Origin: the human T2T-CHM13v2.0 reference genome, Homo sapiens
Assembly: GCF_009914755.1 (NCBI RefSeq)
Contig: NC_060930.1
Reading direction: 5' to 3' (one strand)
DNA: 64,000 nt
Shown piece after piece: positions 29,237 through 43,974 of the stretch. The position numbers and the translations under genes were made by a program. Below the pieces are notes generated by a model, which was not told where the DNA came from, did not search any database, and was given only the letters and a program-made list of their open reading frames with translations. Each line of letters begins with the position of its first letter. Within the stretch, counting starts at the first letter, position 1.

Positions 29237-30929
29237 AATTCTCAGTTATTATTGTTTCCAATATTTCTTCTGTTTCTTTCTCTCTTTCTTCTTCTGCTGT
29301 TCCTATTCTGCGTGGTATACCTTTTTAGTTGTCTCACAGTTGGTGGGTATTGTATTCTGGGTTTGTTTGTTTTTTTTTCAGTATTTTTCTTTGCTTTTCA
29401 GTTTTGGAAGTTTCTATTGAAAAAATCCTCAAGTTCAGAGATTCTTTCTCAGCCTCATTCAGTCTACTAGTAAGCCTATCAAAAGCAATCCGTATTTCTG
29501 TTATGGTGTTTTGATCTCTAGTACTTCTTTTAAATTTTTTCTTAGGAGTTTCATCTCTCTGCTTGCATTGCCTAACCATTTTTGCATCCTATCTACTTTA
29601 TTCATTAGATTCCTGACATTTTAATCATAGTTATTTTAAATTTTCAGTCTGATAATTTCAACACCCCTGGTGTATCTAAGTCTGGTTCTGATGCTTGCTG
29701 TCTTTTCAAACTGTGGTTGTTTGCCTTTCCGTATACCTTGTAAATTTTTGATAGTCAGTCATGAGGTACGGGGAAAAAAGAACGGGCGCAAATGGGCCCT
29801 TAGTAATGTGGTGGTAAGCGTGGAGGAAGGAGAAACATTCTATAGCCTTACAATTAGGTCATAGTCTTTTAATAACCCTGTGCCTCTAGACTATGAACTT
29901 TACAAATGCTTGTCGGTGTTCCCCACTCTCAGGTGGGACAGGGTGGCTAGAAAAGGCTAGAGGTAGGTAGTTCCCTTCCCCCGGGTCAGTCAGGCTCTGG
30001 TAAAATTCCAGCAGGTTAGGCTCTGGTTAAATAGTTTCCCTGAGGACAGGCCTTGTTAAGAACAAAATGCTCTGGCATCTTTCCAAACGGCTGTTTTTCC
30101 CCTCCCCCTGCCAGAAGCATGAGGGAATTTTTCTCCAATACTCACTGTGAGAATCTGGTTACATTACTAGAGGTAAAACTGAGAAAAGTGTACACCCCAC
30201 CCCAATCATGGCTGGATCCCCCTGAGGGTTTTAACTCATCAGGTTGTCCACATTGAGCCTCCAGCTTTGGTCCATCACAGTTTTGTCTTTCTACCCCAGC
30301 ACTGATTCCCACGGAAGTCTCTGCTCCTGGGTTTCTGCTCTAGTAAGTTGTGATTCTCTGTATTTGCCTGTCTGTCCCTCCAACTGGGGGACAGCAGTTT
30401 GCCCTGTGACCTCACTTCTGTTATTGATTTTTCAGTCTGTTCAGCATTTTACTTGTTAAGACAGAGTGGTGACTTCCAAGCTCCTTATGTGCTGGACCAG
30501 AAACTGGAAGTCTGCCCTAGCATTTTTGAAACCCCCTTCATCACTTTGAATTTTATCCAGCCTGCTTCACACTGGTCACAAACTCCTGGGTCACTGCTTT
30601 TTCACCATTTTAATCCAATATACACTTAAGGTGCATTTAGAAAGAAGGAAAGTAAAAGCCAGTATGCATAGCATTCTGTGAGGCCTCTGTGTTTTAATTC
30701 TCCCTTTAATTATAACCTTAAGTTATAGCTCTCCAGCTCATTTCATTTAGCAGAAGCTTGATGACCAATTCAGATGAAATCCTTTCATAAGTAAGATCAT
30801 GGATGTTGGCTTACACTGAAATATCTTCCCCCACCCCCCACCGCCCTATTAAATTCTTTATTTCACTCCAAGGCATACTGACTTTACTTTGGCCCCTTTT
30901 TATGGATGCAAAATACTAAGTAGTCTTGA

Positions 30930-31250
30930 TTGAATCTTAGAATAGCCAGGCACAGTTTTAAGGGCCTTACATGCATGACTTCACTTATTTATACCAATAA
31001 CACCCCTGAAGTTGTTGTGAAAATTAAGTGCTTAGAAAGAGAAAGTGTTCAGTAAGAAGGACATGCTCAAGAAACAATGACCATTATTAAATCTTCTCAG
31101 ATGCCTTGTGAATTGCTTATTGTTATCATTCCCGTTTTACAGATGAGAAAATAGATGTTAAACAACTCCCCAAGGTCACCCATGTGGCACAGTCAACCTT
31201 GGAACCCAGACACTCTGGCTTTAGAACCTATGTTTTAACCACCATATTTA
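30930..31250 (-). mobile_element. MIR fragments (mostly minus strand)
   Basis: gccaggcacagttttaagggccttacatgca; cccgttttacagatgagaaaa...cccaaggtcaccca...gaacccagacactctggct. Confidence 0.75.
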
Positions 31251-31846
31251 TGACTTTCATTTGCTAGAAATTTATGAAAGTTTTAGGTAAGACAGACTTT
31301 TAATATTTGATTTTAGACCCCTAATGGTCTCTAAAATTGGGGAAATAATCCCGTTTACTTAACTTCCTTTGTTTTTTTCCAGAAACAATTATAAATAATT
31401 AACTTATAATTCCTTAATATTATCCTTATCAATATTGCAGAAAAGGTAGTAAAGAGTTGACAATCACCTGATATCATGGAAATTATATGGATAAGTTTTC
31501 CCCAAATATCTTCCCTCAAAAGATGAAAACTCTTTTCTGGTAAAAATTATTGTTATTTTTTGTGGATTATGGATTCTACAGGCTTCAAGATAAGATCAAT
31601 TGATTTGGCTGACTTCATACATGTTAATGGCAAGGCCAAAACTCAAGTTAGATCCTTCAGGGGTCTTTCCACCAGAGTATGCATTTGGTTGGTGCACAGA
31701 AAACCTATGCCAAAAACATTACAAGCAGAAGTTAAAAGACTGGCAGGGGAGAGTCCACATATGTTCATGTTGCTGAGGTGTCAGTTATTATTAATTATAA
31801 CAACCATGGTAATACTTTTACCTTAGCAGACCTTCTGCTCTGAAGG

Positions 31847-32362
<516 letters not shown>

Positions 32363-34379
32363 TAATAATGATGAAGTTAAGAAGTCTATTTAGTGAGTAA
32401 GCATTAGAGTCAAACTCAATTTTGCCCCAGAGTTACAGTTCCAAGTGGGTGAACTAAGACAGTGTGAGAAGGTGCCCAAGCTCTCAGAGCCAGCATACTC
32501 TTTAGGAATATAGTTTCATTTTCTTTTAGTAGCAGAGTAATACAGCCTCAGTCAGAATAGATGGGAGCAGGAACTAGCCCTTTGGTTTCTTTTAATATGT
32601 ACAATCAATGGGAAAATAAATAAAAATGTAAAAGTAAAAAGTGAAAAAAAAATCCAAAACAGAGCTGAAAGAAGAAATTAGGAGTTTTGTCACAAATAAG
32701 AGAAGTTCTGGGGAAATTACTTTTAGGGAATTGGCAACAACTGAATTTGTACACATTGAAAGGAAAAAAAAGAGAAAAGGTAAAGAAGCGCATTGCTCTA
32801 GACCTAAGTTGTCTCTTACCAGTGTGCTTTGTAAACTCAAGACACAGTGCTGAGGACTTATAAAAGGCTTGCCTCAGTAACTAAAATGTCTTTCAAAAAA
32901 GCAAATATAAATAGAAGTCATTTACAATTATTAAAAAGGAATTGTTTAACCCATCACAAACTAAACCACTACTAGGAGAGAAAAAGGTCAAGAGTGGCAC
33001 AGCACCAAACAGGACCTCTGTGCAGAACGGTAGCATTGGGTGGGAATGGCACCTGGGAGGCTCTGGCAAATTTGATGACGAATAAGCAACACCTGACAAG
33101 AGGAGTCCGAACTGTCCCCCTGGGTATGATGATGTGCCAACGTGCCCAGAAGAATCTTGGGTTCATGGGGAGTGATGTTGAGTGCCTCATTTGCACATGC
33201 ATTTAAGCAGAGTAAGCAGAACACAGAACAAAATCTGGTGCAAAAATGCAAAAACCCAGATCTTGGCCTAGCAGTGAGAAACCCTTATTCTAAGATTGCT
33301 ATTAGGTGAGACAAGTGAGAGGAAGTCCTTTGCTCCAGATATTTCTGTGACCTCCTTTTCAAGGCTCCGTGGTGAGGACTTGCAGATTTCTCTGTGTGGA
33401 TGACAAATATTTTTAGCACATTGGAGCTATTTTTATGCTGAATGTGGACAGCAAATTGACCCTCCCTGACTACTCCCAGCCCACATGGAAGGGATAAACA
33501 ATCACTACATAACTCTTCACACTTTGGAAAGCACTCTTTCCTTTCACCATGATAATAATTCTGTAAGCAGAGCAGCAATGATTGCGGAGGACCTCGGTCA
33601 CAGGGCAAAGCAGCAGCTGTCTTCTGTGAGTCTCATCCCTGCTTCGTCAGACCTGCAATAGCTAAAAAGAAAGAGAAAGAAAAGAAAATGTAAGAAAGAA
33701 ATTTCAATGGAGAGGAAATGTCAGCAAGCCCATCTCTGAGTCTCCATCTCATAGCTTAGAGACTGGGGAGGATGATGCCTTATTTTTTGTTCTGTATTAA
33801 TGATGCTAGGTATTAAGAGGCAACTGCGTGTAGCCATAGGCATTCGGTTGGCAAAATTGCTTGAGGCGTTTCTCTATAGCCCTCAGTGCCACCACAGACA
33901 GCAAAAGTGTTCAGAGAAGATTTTTTCTCTCTTTATTTGTATTTAATATATATGGGGCCAAAAGGTACATATTATTCTCTACAGTGCCAAGCACTTGGCA
34001 GATGATGGAAAAACCCAGCATGGACAGCCAAAACTCTGCTTTCAGGACTGGTGAATGGGCCAGGGACAAATTACTGAGTGAGCCCCACCAAGATTTAAAC
34101 ACAGGTGAGAAGGTTAAGTCACATGAGCATCAGGGATAGTCTTTTTACAAATAAGTTGTTGGGTTGTGCTTTAAAACCACAAAACAACAATGTGATTTGC
34201 AACAGGCCAAACAATATTGAAATGTACGCTTACCTATAAGGCCAAGTCTCCTCCCCTTCTATCCTTCCCTGCCCTCCAGATAACTGTTATTAATGGTTTG
34301 GTATGTATTCTATCTACCATGCTTCATTATAACCAAGCAAACATACATATGTACCATATTGAGTTTTTTTTTTTTTACT

Positions 34380-35115
34380 CTACATCTAATCCATCAGGAA
34401 ATCTTTTAGCAATACTTTCAAAATACACCCAGAATCTGAACTGTCCCCCGATCCAGGGCCACCACCAGGTCGAAGCCTCACCATCTCTAGCCTAGATTAT
34501 TATGGTAGCCTCCTAAATGTTCTTCCTGTTCTAAGATTTTTTAAAACAAAAAATGCATGTCCCTTCCCTGCCTACATCCTCTGAACAGTCTCATTTGCCT
34601 CAAAGTCAAAGTCCTCTTTTTACCTGACAAGCCCACCCCATTGCTGCCCCTCAGCTGCATCTCCTACTCCTTCTCCCATTCATTCCATGCCACAGCCTGA
34701 GCTCCTGCTCACACTCCTCTGCAAACACACCAGGCAGGCTTCCACCAACCATGGACCTTTGCCACAGCTGGGCCCCTCTGTCTAAAAACTCTTCCACAAA
34801 GACCCAGATCACCCAGTCCCTCACTTCCTTCAACCCTTTGGTCAAATGTCACCTTTTCAGTGTGGCCCACCCGGCAAACCCTATTTTAAATTTAAAATGT
34901 TGTGTCCCACTCTCCCTCCCCCTTAAATACACTTTATTTTCTTAAATAAAGTGGAGTGACCTTCTAGTATACTATGTAATTTACTTAATTTACTAGAGTT
35001 AGTATTTACTGTTCTTCTCCCAGCTAAGAGGTATGCACAGATTTTCATCTGTTTGTTCGGTATTCCAAAGACCTAGATCAGTGCCTGGAACACAATAAAT
35101 GTTGGATGACGAAGG
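34380..35115 (+). mobile_element. L2a-like LINE 3' region
   Basis: acatctaatccatcaggaaatc...cctagattattatggtagcctcctaa...ctcacttccttca...agtgcctggaacacaataaatgttggatga. Confidence 0.85.
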
Positions 35116-35454
35116 AAAATGATTACATCATATCCCATAGGTATGTGTTGCTATAATTTAGTCACTCTTGATAAGGAACTAAACAACAACAACAAAAGAT
35201 CCCAACAAAGAACAAAGCACATCATGTAGAATAGAATGAGGAAATCATACAAAGCAGGACCAGATGCCTCAACTCTAACATGTATTAAGACTAGAACTTT
35301 TAAAATGTAATAAACACCACCTTCTCTGTGAGTGCTGTCCGGTGTTGGTGGTACCACTGGAATACTGGAAATAAATAACAATAACAGAATTAAATGCAAA
35401 ATATCTGAAAAAATAATTAGGGTCAAGCCTCATGATTTAGGAAAAGTCATTCTT

Positions 35455-35729
35455 TTTTGTGGGGGAGAAAGTCTCACTCTATCACCCAGGCTAGAGCTCA
35501 ATGTCGCGATCTCAATTCACTGCAGCCTCCACCTCCTGGGCTCAAGTGATTCTTGTGCCTCAGCCTTCCAGTCGCTGGGATTACAGGCACATACAGGCTA
35601 ATTTTTTTTGTATTTTTAGTAGAGAAAGGGTTTTACCATGTTGGCCAGGCTGGTCTCTGACCTCAAGTGAGCCACTGCCTCGGCCTCCCGAAGTGCTAGG
35701 TTTACAGGCATAAGCCACCGCGCCTGGAC
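35455..35729 (-). mobile_element. AluJb-like
   Basis: Reverse Alu; 18-bp TSD ttaggaaaagtca(t/c)tctt. Confidence 0.92.
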
Positions 35730-35990
35730 TTAGGAAAAGTCACTCTTAACTCTCTGATCTCTTTTTGAGCTAGCTTTCTAAAAGCTGGGAGTTATCAATG
35801 CTAGCTCTATAGTGCTATGAGAAATAACAGAGCCAAGGGTCTTCGGAGAGGAGAAAAGGAGAAATACTAGAAAAGTCTATGTGAGATCAAACCCCTCCAC
35901 CCTCCACTGTGCTAATTCTGCCAGCTAGTCACCTTTGTTGTAATTCATTTTGTTTATTGTTGCTCCTTTTATAGCCTCCCCATGCTGGGC

Positions 35991-36603
35991 AGTTGCTAGG
36001 GAAACAATAAAGGGTGTCAGATATGGCAAGGGTGAGGAAGGGATTAGAGTACCCACACTGCTGAGTGAAATTTATTTAGGTTACAGGAGGGGAGGAAATT
36101 CACTCCAGGAATTACTGTGATTGCTCTCATGTCTCTAACAGTCTATAAATATACATACCAGAGGTTCAAACCTCTCTCCTTGCTAGAGCTCAAGTGCCTT
36201 AAAAGACAATTGAGTCTGGTTGGAGGGAAAAGAGTCCCAGCAGGCATGCAACTGAAACATATTAAATTCAACGCAGTTGTTAAACACCTAGCTAGTATTT
36301 TAAATGTCTCCATCCAGGCGTATTTTTCTTTCTCATGCTCTCCACTGCCCTCAGGACATCAAATATTCTTTTGATATACACAAGACTATCACATAATTAC
36401 TGCAGTATTACTCCGCCGAGACAGTCAGACTGGCAGCTAGCCCCTCTATTTGGGTTAAATACTGCCCAGCATCCCAAATTCTTCCAGATCCAGGGTTTTA
36501 TCTCCTTCCAGGTGATGTGGTCTAGAAGTGAGAATGGGAATGGAACAAAGAAATGTCGTAGGGTCTAATCTGGCTGTTTCCCTGGCAACTTACGGTTGAG
36601 TCA
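35991..36603. promoter_or_regulatory. Candidate RFX-bound element (two X-boxes, TATA-like and AP-1 motifs)
   Basis: agttgctagggaaaca 35991-36006; tgtttccctggcaact 36575-36590; TATAAATA 36144-36151; TGAGTCA 36597-36603; no repeat recognised in between. Confidence 0.45.
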
Positions 36604-36652
36604 AATCCCAGCGCGGGTGGCTGAGTGGCACCTGTAAGAAGCAAATGTTGGG

Positions 36653-36750
36653 TTCATTCGTTCATTCATTCAATTCATCCAACAAATACTTATTAAACCT
36701 GTAATATGTACCGCAAATTGTGCCACCATGAGGATAATGACTTTAATCTG
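36653..36750 (-). mobile_element. L2 3' end
   Basis: (ttca)n then caacaaatacttattaaacct..tatgtacc. Confidence 0.7.
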
Positions 36751-37026
36751 GTGTTTCCTTAATGTTGTCATTGAACCATACAAAGATTCATAGACATAGA
36801 CCCTACCCTTAACGATCATCTTCTCCTGTAAGCGAGACAGTGTTTACTTTTACAACTACAACTCAATGTAGAAAGTAATTGTTGCATAGGATTAACTTGG
36901 AGTCTTGTTATCTGATAAAGTGGTGTCAGAGAATCCAGAGAATTTCTGCCCAACTAGGGGTGAGAAAAGAGGTAGAGTGTGGGAGGATCAAGCCTTATTG
37001 CACAGATAACATTAAAACTACACTTT

Positions 37027-37340
<314 letters not shown>

Positions 37341-37364
37341 CAACAACATGTAAAAGGTGGATTT

Positions 37365-37764
<400 letters not shown>

Positions 37765-38239
37765 CTAGAACCAAGATCAGTTCCTAAAAACCTAGAGAAA
37801 TGTGTGAAGTTTGACCCCACTTGCACATTCCTTCCCCACTTGTGTCGGTGGCACACCAACACTCCACCCCAGCCCACTCCATTTTCACATCCTCTACTTT
37901 TCTAAAATTGGGAAGCTTTGAAGCCAGATTCCTTCTCCCATCCCCTCCCTTGCCTTTTCTTCAGTGTACTTTCACTCCCAGCCCTTTTCCCTTTACGGTC
38001 AGATAATCTATTCTCAGGAAATGACTCACACCAAGGTATAAATTACCAGTATTGACACAGCATGTTACACTTAAGCAGACTGTTCGCTTTACAAGATAAG
38101 TGGCCTTTATCCAAAGAAATGACGTTGGATCTCAGACTGCAGGGTGCTTGTAGGAGTGGGAAGCAAGCGTTGCTAGGAGGAATAGAAATTTTCATCTTTT
38201 CTGGATGTGGGGTCTACTCTCCCTTCTTCATGTGTCTAT

Positions 38240-39590
38240 TTTGGGTCTTCCCTCCACTAAAGCTAAGCTCTCTGATGGCAGTTTTGTCCATCTGGTTAGA
38301 ACAGTGCCTGGGCAATAGTAGATACTCAAAAAGTATTCATACTTGTTATTTTAGTGAATGTTTAGTAAATGGCTTTTAGTGAATGTTGTCTGTTTCTAGT
38401 GCCCTGCAGCACAGATCTGATAAACTGAGGGAGAGAAGGGTAAGTAAGAAAGCCTGAAATTTAAAAATAAATATAATTTTATTTTAAATGATGTACATGT
38501 TATTGTTGAAAAAACTTAAATACAGAGAAGCAAAAATAATAAAGTAAAAGGTATTCATAATTCTCTCTCCAGGATCAATACCTGTTAAGATAGTGATGTA
38601 AACCCATCCAGATTTTTACCCATATCTACGTATAACAAAAAAGCACACTGTATTTAACATTCTAAACTTGTTTTTTAAAATACAATAAATCAAGATCATC
38701 TTGCCATGTAATAACATATTTTGTGTCCTTTTAAATGACTGCCTAATAATAATCTAGGCTGCTAGATATACCAGCAGACCCTATTCTACCAATTCTCTAC
38801 TGCTGGAATCAGGTTGTTTCCAACTTTTCACTAGTACTTGTAAAAACACAGCAAAGAATGTCTTTATCACAAAATCTTTGTGCTTATTTCCTCTTACAAG
38901 TGAAAATATTGTCATCATTACTCTTAAAACATTGACAATATTTATCAAATACACCCTCTGTGCCAGGTACTTTACAAAACATTATTTAATCCTCCCCCAA
39001 ACCCTACTATTTACAGATGAGGAAACTGACTTTGGAGATGCTGAGTCATTTGTCTGAGGTTACCATTAGTCATGCCTTTAATGTTTTTGATACCTATTGG
39101 CAAATTGCCTTCTGGAAACAGGGTTTGGAATGCTGTAGGGAATACTAGAAACCTGTTGTTTCAGATAAATCCTCCATGAAGGAAAGATTACACAATCTCC
39201 TTTAGTGAGCTATTCCCGTTTTATCGGCCTGTCAACATTGTTTTCTCCATTATGTTTACCCAAAACCTTTGTGATAATATAATTACCTATACTACCGGGC
39301 AGTGAGGTATCTTTTTGATTCACAATCTCATCAGACTGTATTCCAGAGAAGCAGAACATTCTGGGGCTCAGAGTCCTAAAACATGGGTTTCAACCTGATT
39401 TTATCTTTCCTGGAGTGAGGTCCTGAGACACATCAGTTTACTTACCTAAGACTTGGCTTTCATATAAAATGGCAAAACTAATACGAACCTAACTGATCTC
39501 CCAGCGTTGTGATGGTGGGATGAGATGATGAAATTGAAAGAGCTTTGCATGCTGGAAAGAACAATAGAAATGCAAGGTATTGTAATTATC
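38240..39590. mobile_element. Cluster of old fragments: L2 3' end (+), L1ME-like 3' end (-), MIR (-), MIR (+)
   Basis: agaacagtgcctgggcaatagtagatactcaa; aggttgtttccaactttt; tgtgccaggtactttac..ttacagatgaggaaactga; cagagtcctaaaacatgggtttcaa. Confidence 0.6.
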
Positions 39591-41339
39591 AATGGCATCA
39601 TCATGATCATCTCCATCCTTAAATCTATTACCTTGCTCTTATTCAGGCCTTTGCTTTCTTAGACAGAACCAACTTGCTTTTTGATACCAATTCATATGTA
39701 AAACAAACATTTTATCTAAATTCATATAGAACAAAGGGAGGCATCTTTTACTGGCACCTGTTGGTAGCAAGCGTTAGGGAGCCTTGTTCTTTTGGACTAG
39801 TGACTGAGAGAAATGAAAGCTTGAGATAAAGATGTGGGTAGATCCTGAGAAGAGACAGAAAAGACCAGAGGCTGGGGGCCACAATTGAGAGAAGTGCCCA
39901 TTCCCCAGGAAGCAACAAACGGTGGTGCTTTTACTAAGTGAAAACAATCAGAGCAAAATAAAATAAAAGATGGGAGGGAAAGGAAGATAAAAGAAGAAAA
40001 TGGAAATCAGAAAGGAATGAACTGTGGTATTGAGGGATACTTGGGGTGACAGTTGGTAAGAAGGCGCAATTAATTGAAATTTAGACCAGGCTGATATAAC
40101 TGGATCATACATTCCTGTGCCTGTATCCAGAGGATAGTGCATTCGAGAAAGTACTAATAGGGAAATGGAACCAGACCTGTATAAACCTTCGGGCTTCGAC
40201 TATAATTAGGTTTGCATCTCATTGTCTTAATCTTTAAAAGGAAGAAGTTCCTGTACATATCTGGGCTTTCTAGTCCTGAATCCTACAATTATCTACAGTA
40301 TTTTCTATCAAATTCCTTTGTCCACCAGGCTATGAAAATTTCTTCTTCTCTTTCCAATACTCTGGACTTTAAAATCACTGAAATCTCATCCTGAAGGGAC
40401 AGAAGAGTCAATTTAGAGCACCCAGTATGTTATTCAAGTTGATGTGGTCCAAAGTGCATTTTGTCTTCCTGGAAACCACAACACAACATGAAATAAAGGC
40501 TTTACAGGAGAATCCATTCATACTGCCTACAGGGTCTGAGGATCTTGAGAAATCTACTGTGCAGAGAAGTTAAATTTTTAAATTTAATTTCTGCTTGCTA
40601 ATTAGTCATTCCCAAATAAAAAGAAAAAGAGAGGTTAATCTAATACAGGCTTTGAAACAAAGCAGAAGATTAAAGTTAACTTCTCAGGAAGAATTCTGAG
40701 GACAGCACAAAGAGAAGGGAAAAATGGATAATTGATATCAAGCACGACTTCTCAGAAAAAAAAAAACTTGAATGATTGTAAATGGAACTATTCTGTGCCA
40801 TAATTTCTTAAAGATGTATTTCCCCACTAAGGATGGATATGAGACTAATGGCTTTCCTTTCCTCTCTTTAATCAGAGAGCTAGATGTCATTTAACTGCCA
40901 AATTCTTGCAACGTTATTATTTGGGTTTAAAAAGGCAAAATGGCATGTTTCTACAAACGGTTTGAGACTGTAAAAATGCAAATAACTCAGCCTAATTTAC
41001 AAATTGGTGGGCGAGGGGGCTGAGCCCAGAGAAGTGTTCAATCACTAATTTTCCCATTCTGCCAGAGCCAAAGAAGCTGTTGCATGGATCTCTGATTTTT
41101 TGCGTGGAAAACTGGCACTTGGTTTTCCAGCCTGTCATTTCAGATTGAAAAGCTTTGTCTTAAATCCTTCAGACATGAAGTTGGGCAATGATGCCTGTGA
41201 GTAAATTCAATTCCTGGAACCAAATAGATGAAAAAAAAATTATAATGATAGGAAGCTACGTGTCTTCAAAGTGGTATTTTAGAAAGAAATTTATTGGAAA
41301 TGATGAGAACGTAATTTAAAAAGTGTATCATCTCGGTTA

Positions 41340-41880
41340 TAGGAGCTGAGCTGGGTTTTACAGAGTTACCGCGAGGATTTCTGTTGTGGGAAAATACCCA
41401 GGAAGTGACTGAGCCCAGCCAGACGTCACTGGAGACATGCAGAAGAAAAGGCAAGATTGGTTGTGACTCTCCTCTTCTGGGAACATTCTAGAAAGGGGTA
41501 GCAAGGATGCTGAAACCAGGCCAGCTCCATAAGACCTCACTTTGCAGAAATAGAGAGAAGTAAGGGGTGTAGGTAGGAAGAACAGAGTGGTACTGAGAAG
41601 TCTCAAGGAAGAGAGCGAAGGGGAAGAGCAGCATAGAAAGTGTGGCTGCATTTGCGTGGTGGTCTTACTGCGTACAATGGTTGAGTTCCATGGTCCTTGT
41701 CAGCCTCCCTCACAGGGGGAATGCGCAGATCTCTGAAAAAAATAGCTCCCTCTTCAGCCTGCCCCGAAATCCCCACCTATTTCCACAACAGGGAGAATGC
41801 AAATTTTCCTGCGGAAAAGCAAATAAACTGTTTTTAGGAATGAATGTTGAAATAAATTAAACCTTGATGACTCATTCATG
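41340..41880. promoter_or_regulatory. Candidate inducible/lymphoid enhancer or promoter
   Basis: No repeat recognised, locally CpG-retaining; kB-like GGGAAAATACCC 41388, ETS AGGAAGTG 41400, ARE GTGACTGAGC 41405, CRE-like GACGTCA 41422, kB-like CGAAATCCCC 41765, octamer ATGCAAAT 41797, AP-1 TGACTCA 41868. Confidence 0.6.
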
Positions 41881-41959
41881 TCTTGGAAAATTTTTATTTA
41901 CCAGAAGTTATCTCTTTTGCAGGAATTCTGAAAAAAAGAAGTATTTTTTATAATCCATT

Positions 41960-42281
<322 letters not shown>

Positions 42282-42829
42282 CATTATTTTCATTTCAATG
42301 GTGGAGAGAAGAACATGGGACAAACTTGTAAAGGGTTGTAGTCATGTATTTAACAAGTGTTTACAAGCACCCACTCTGCAAGGTCTTATACTTGAAGTAG
42401 AGACTTTCAAAGAGCCTTAAGGCACCATCCCTGTCCTCAGGGTCTTACATCTCCTTAGAGATCTCAATAAAACCTGAACTGTATGGAAGGAAACACTCAA
42501 CAGAAGGCAGGATATAAATCCCAAATGAAAAGCAGAAGGGGTTCTAAGTGCCAGAAGTCAAAGGGGAGAGAAGACCTTCAAGGAGGTTCACAGCTATCCC
42601 AAGAGAGGGGCTTAAGTACATTACTGCTAACAGCACAGACAATGCAAAAAGGGAAGGCGGGCGTGGGGCCAAGGAGGGGCTCAGGAAAAGGCTAGCTGGG
42701 GGATGAGGACACACAACACAGGAAAACAACCCATGGAATAAGAAAGAGAGCTCCTAGGGGGAATTCAAAGATGGGAACCAGACTTGAACAGACCAACAGC
42801 AATACTTTTAGCAATGCAATTTTGTCTAA

Positions 42830-43005
42830 CAGAAAGACAGCGTACAATCTTGGAGTCAGATAAACAGCTATCTTGTGTTGGGCCCAGTGTAGCGCCTTGG
42901 TGTCCTCATTTGTAAAACTGGGATAAAAACCCTTATCTCAAAGGATAGCAAAGGATAAGTTACACAGCAATGGGTCTGACACATAGTGGGACCTTCACAC
43001 AAGTT
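42830..43005 (+). mobile_element. MIR SINE
   Basis: tggagtcaga...gtcctcatttgtaaaactgggataa...gtctgacacatagtggg. Confidence 0.7.
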
Positions 43006-43124
43006 CAGTCCCTTCCTCTGACCTCCAGATCTTTTCATCCTGCTCCCCATCACACTCAATAAACTTGAAAAAGAAAGAACATTCACCATACTTTTTTGGT
43101 TAGGTTGATCCATAAATCACTTCT

Positions 43125-43251
43125 TTTTCTTTTTTAATAGGGACAAGGTCTTGCTATGTTGCCTATGCTGGTCTCAAACTCCTGGGCTCAAGTGATCCGC
43201 CTCAGTCTCCCAAAGTGCTGGGATTACAGGAGTGAGCCACTGCATCCATCC
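43125..43251 (-). mobile_element. FLAM_C / free left Alu monomer
   Basis: Single monomer; TSD ccataaatcacttct/ccataaattgcttct. Confidence 0.88.
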
Positions 43252-43974
43252 CCATAAATTGCTTCTATAAACGGTCTTTGGGAAAAGGAAATAGTGGAAG
43301 TATAAAAGTCTACTCTGAATATTTGGGGATATAACATCTCCTAGGATCTGTCCTTCAAGAAAAACCACTATTAGGAATAATATAGAAAACAAATATTTTA
43401 TATGCACCCTGAATGGAGGGCATTATTAAATCCCTTGTTAAAGTTAGCACTTTCCAAGTAGGAATTTTGTTTGTAAAATAAGTTTTGCACAGCTGGTGTC
43501 AAACCCCTTTCCTTGCTCCCAATATTCTAATAATTGCAATCAGCTTTGGTGATTTCTCAGAGGTGAATTACAGTAACTCTTCCTCCAAGCCTTACAACAA
43601 TTTTCCCTCATTTTTTATCATTATTACTCAAAAATGCTGATGCTTTTAAGAGGCAACTCCTCCATACAGTTAGGATTCTCCACCAACTCTGCATTCTTGT
43701 CTTCATCCTAAAGGCCATGTAGAAGGAAGAAGGTGATAGAAGAAGAAAATTTCACAGTAAAAGTCAAAATTTTACCTAGGTACTACCTTATATGTATTCA
43801 GCTTTGTGGGTTTTTGTTTGTTTTTTTGCAGTTAGCTTTTATGTCTTACATACAAGATTTGTAAATTAAGAACTAGTTTCTACATCCCTGAGGTTTTTGG
43901 CACCTGTTTTTTCCCTCCCTATATTACCACTACCATCACGATTCAATTGCTCTGGAAAAGATATCTGTCAATAC

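Noticed and set aside
41340-41460. Assigning the motif cluster to a named gene's promoter
   Set aside because: I do not recognise the sequence with enough certainty; needs BLAT
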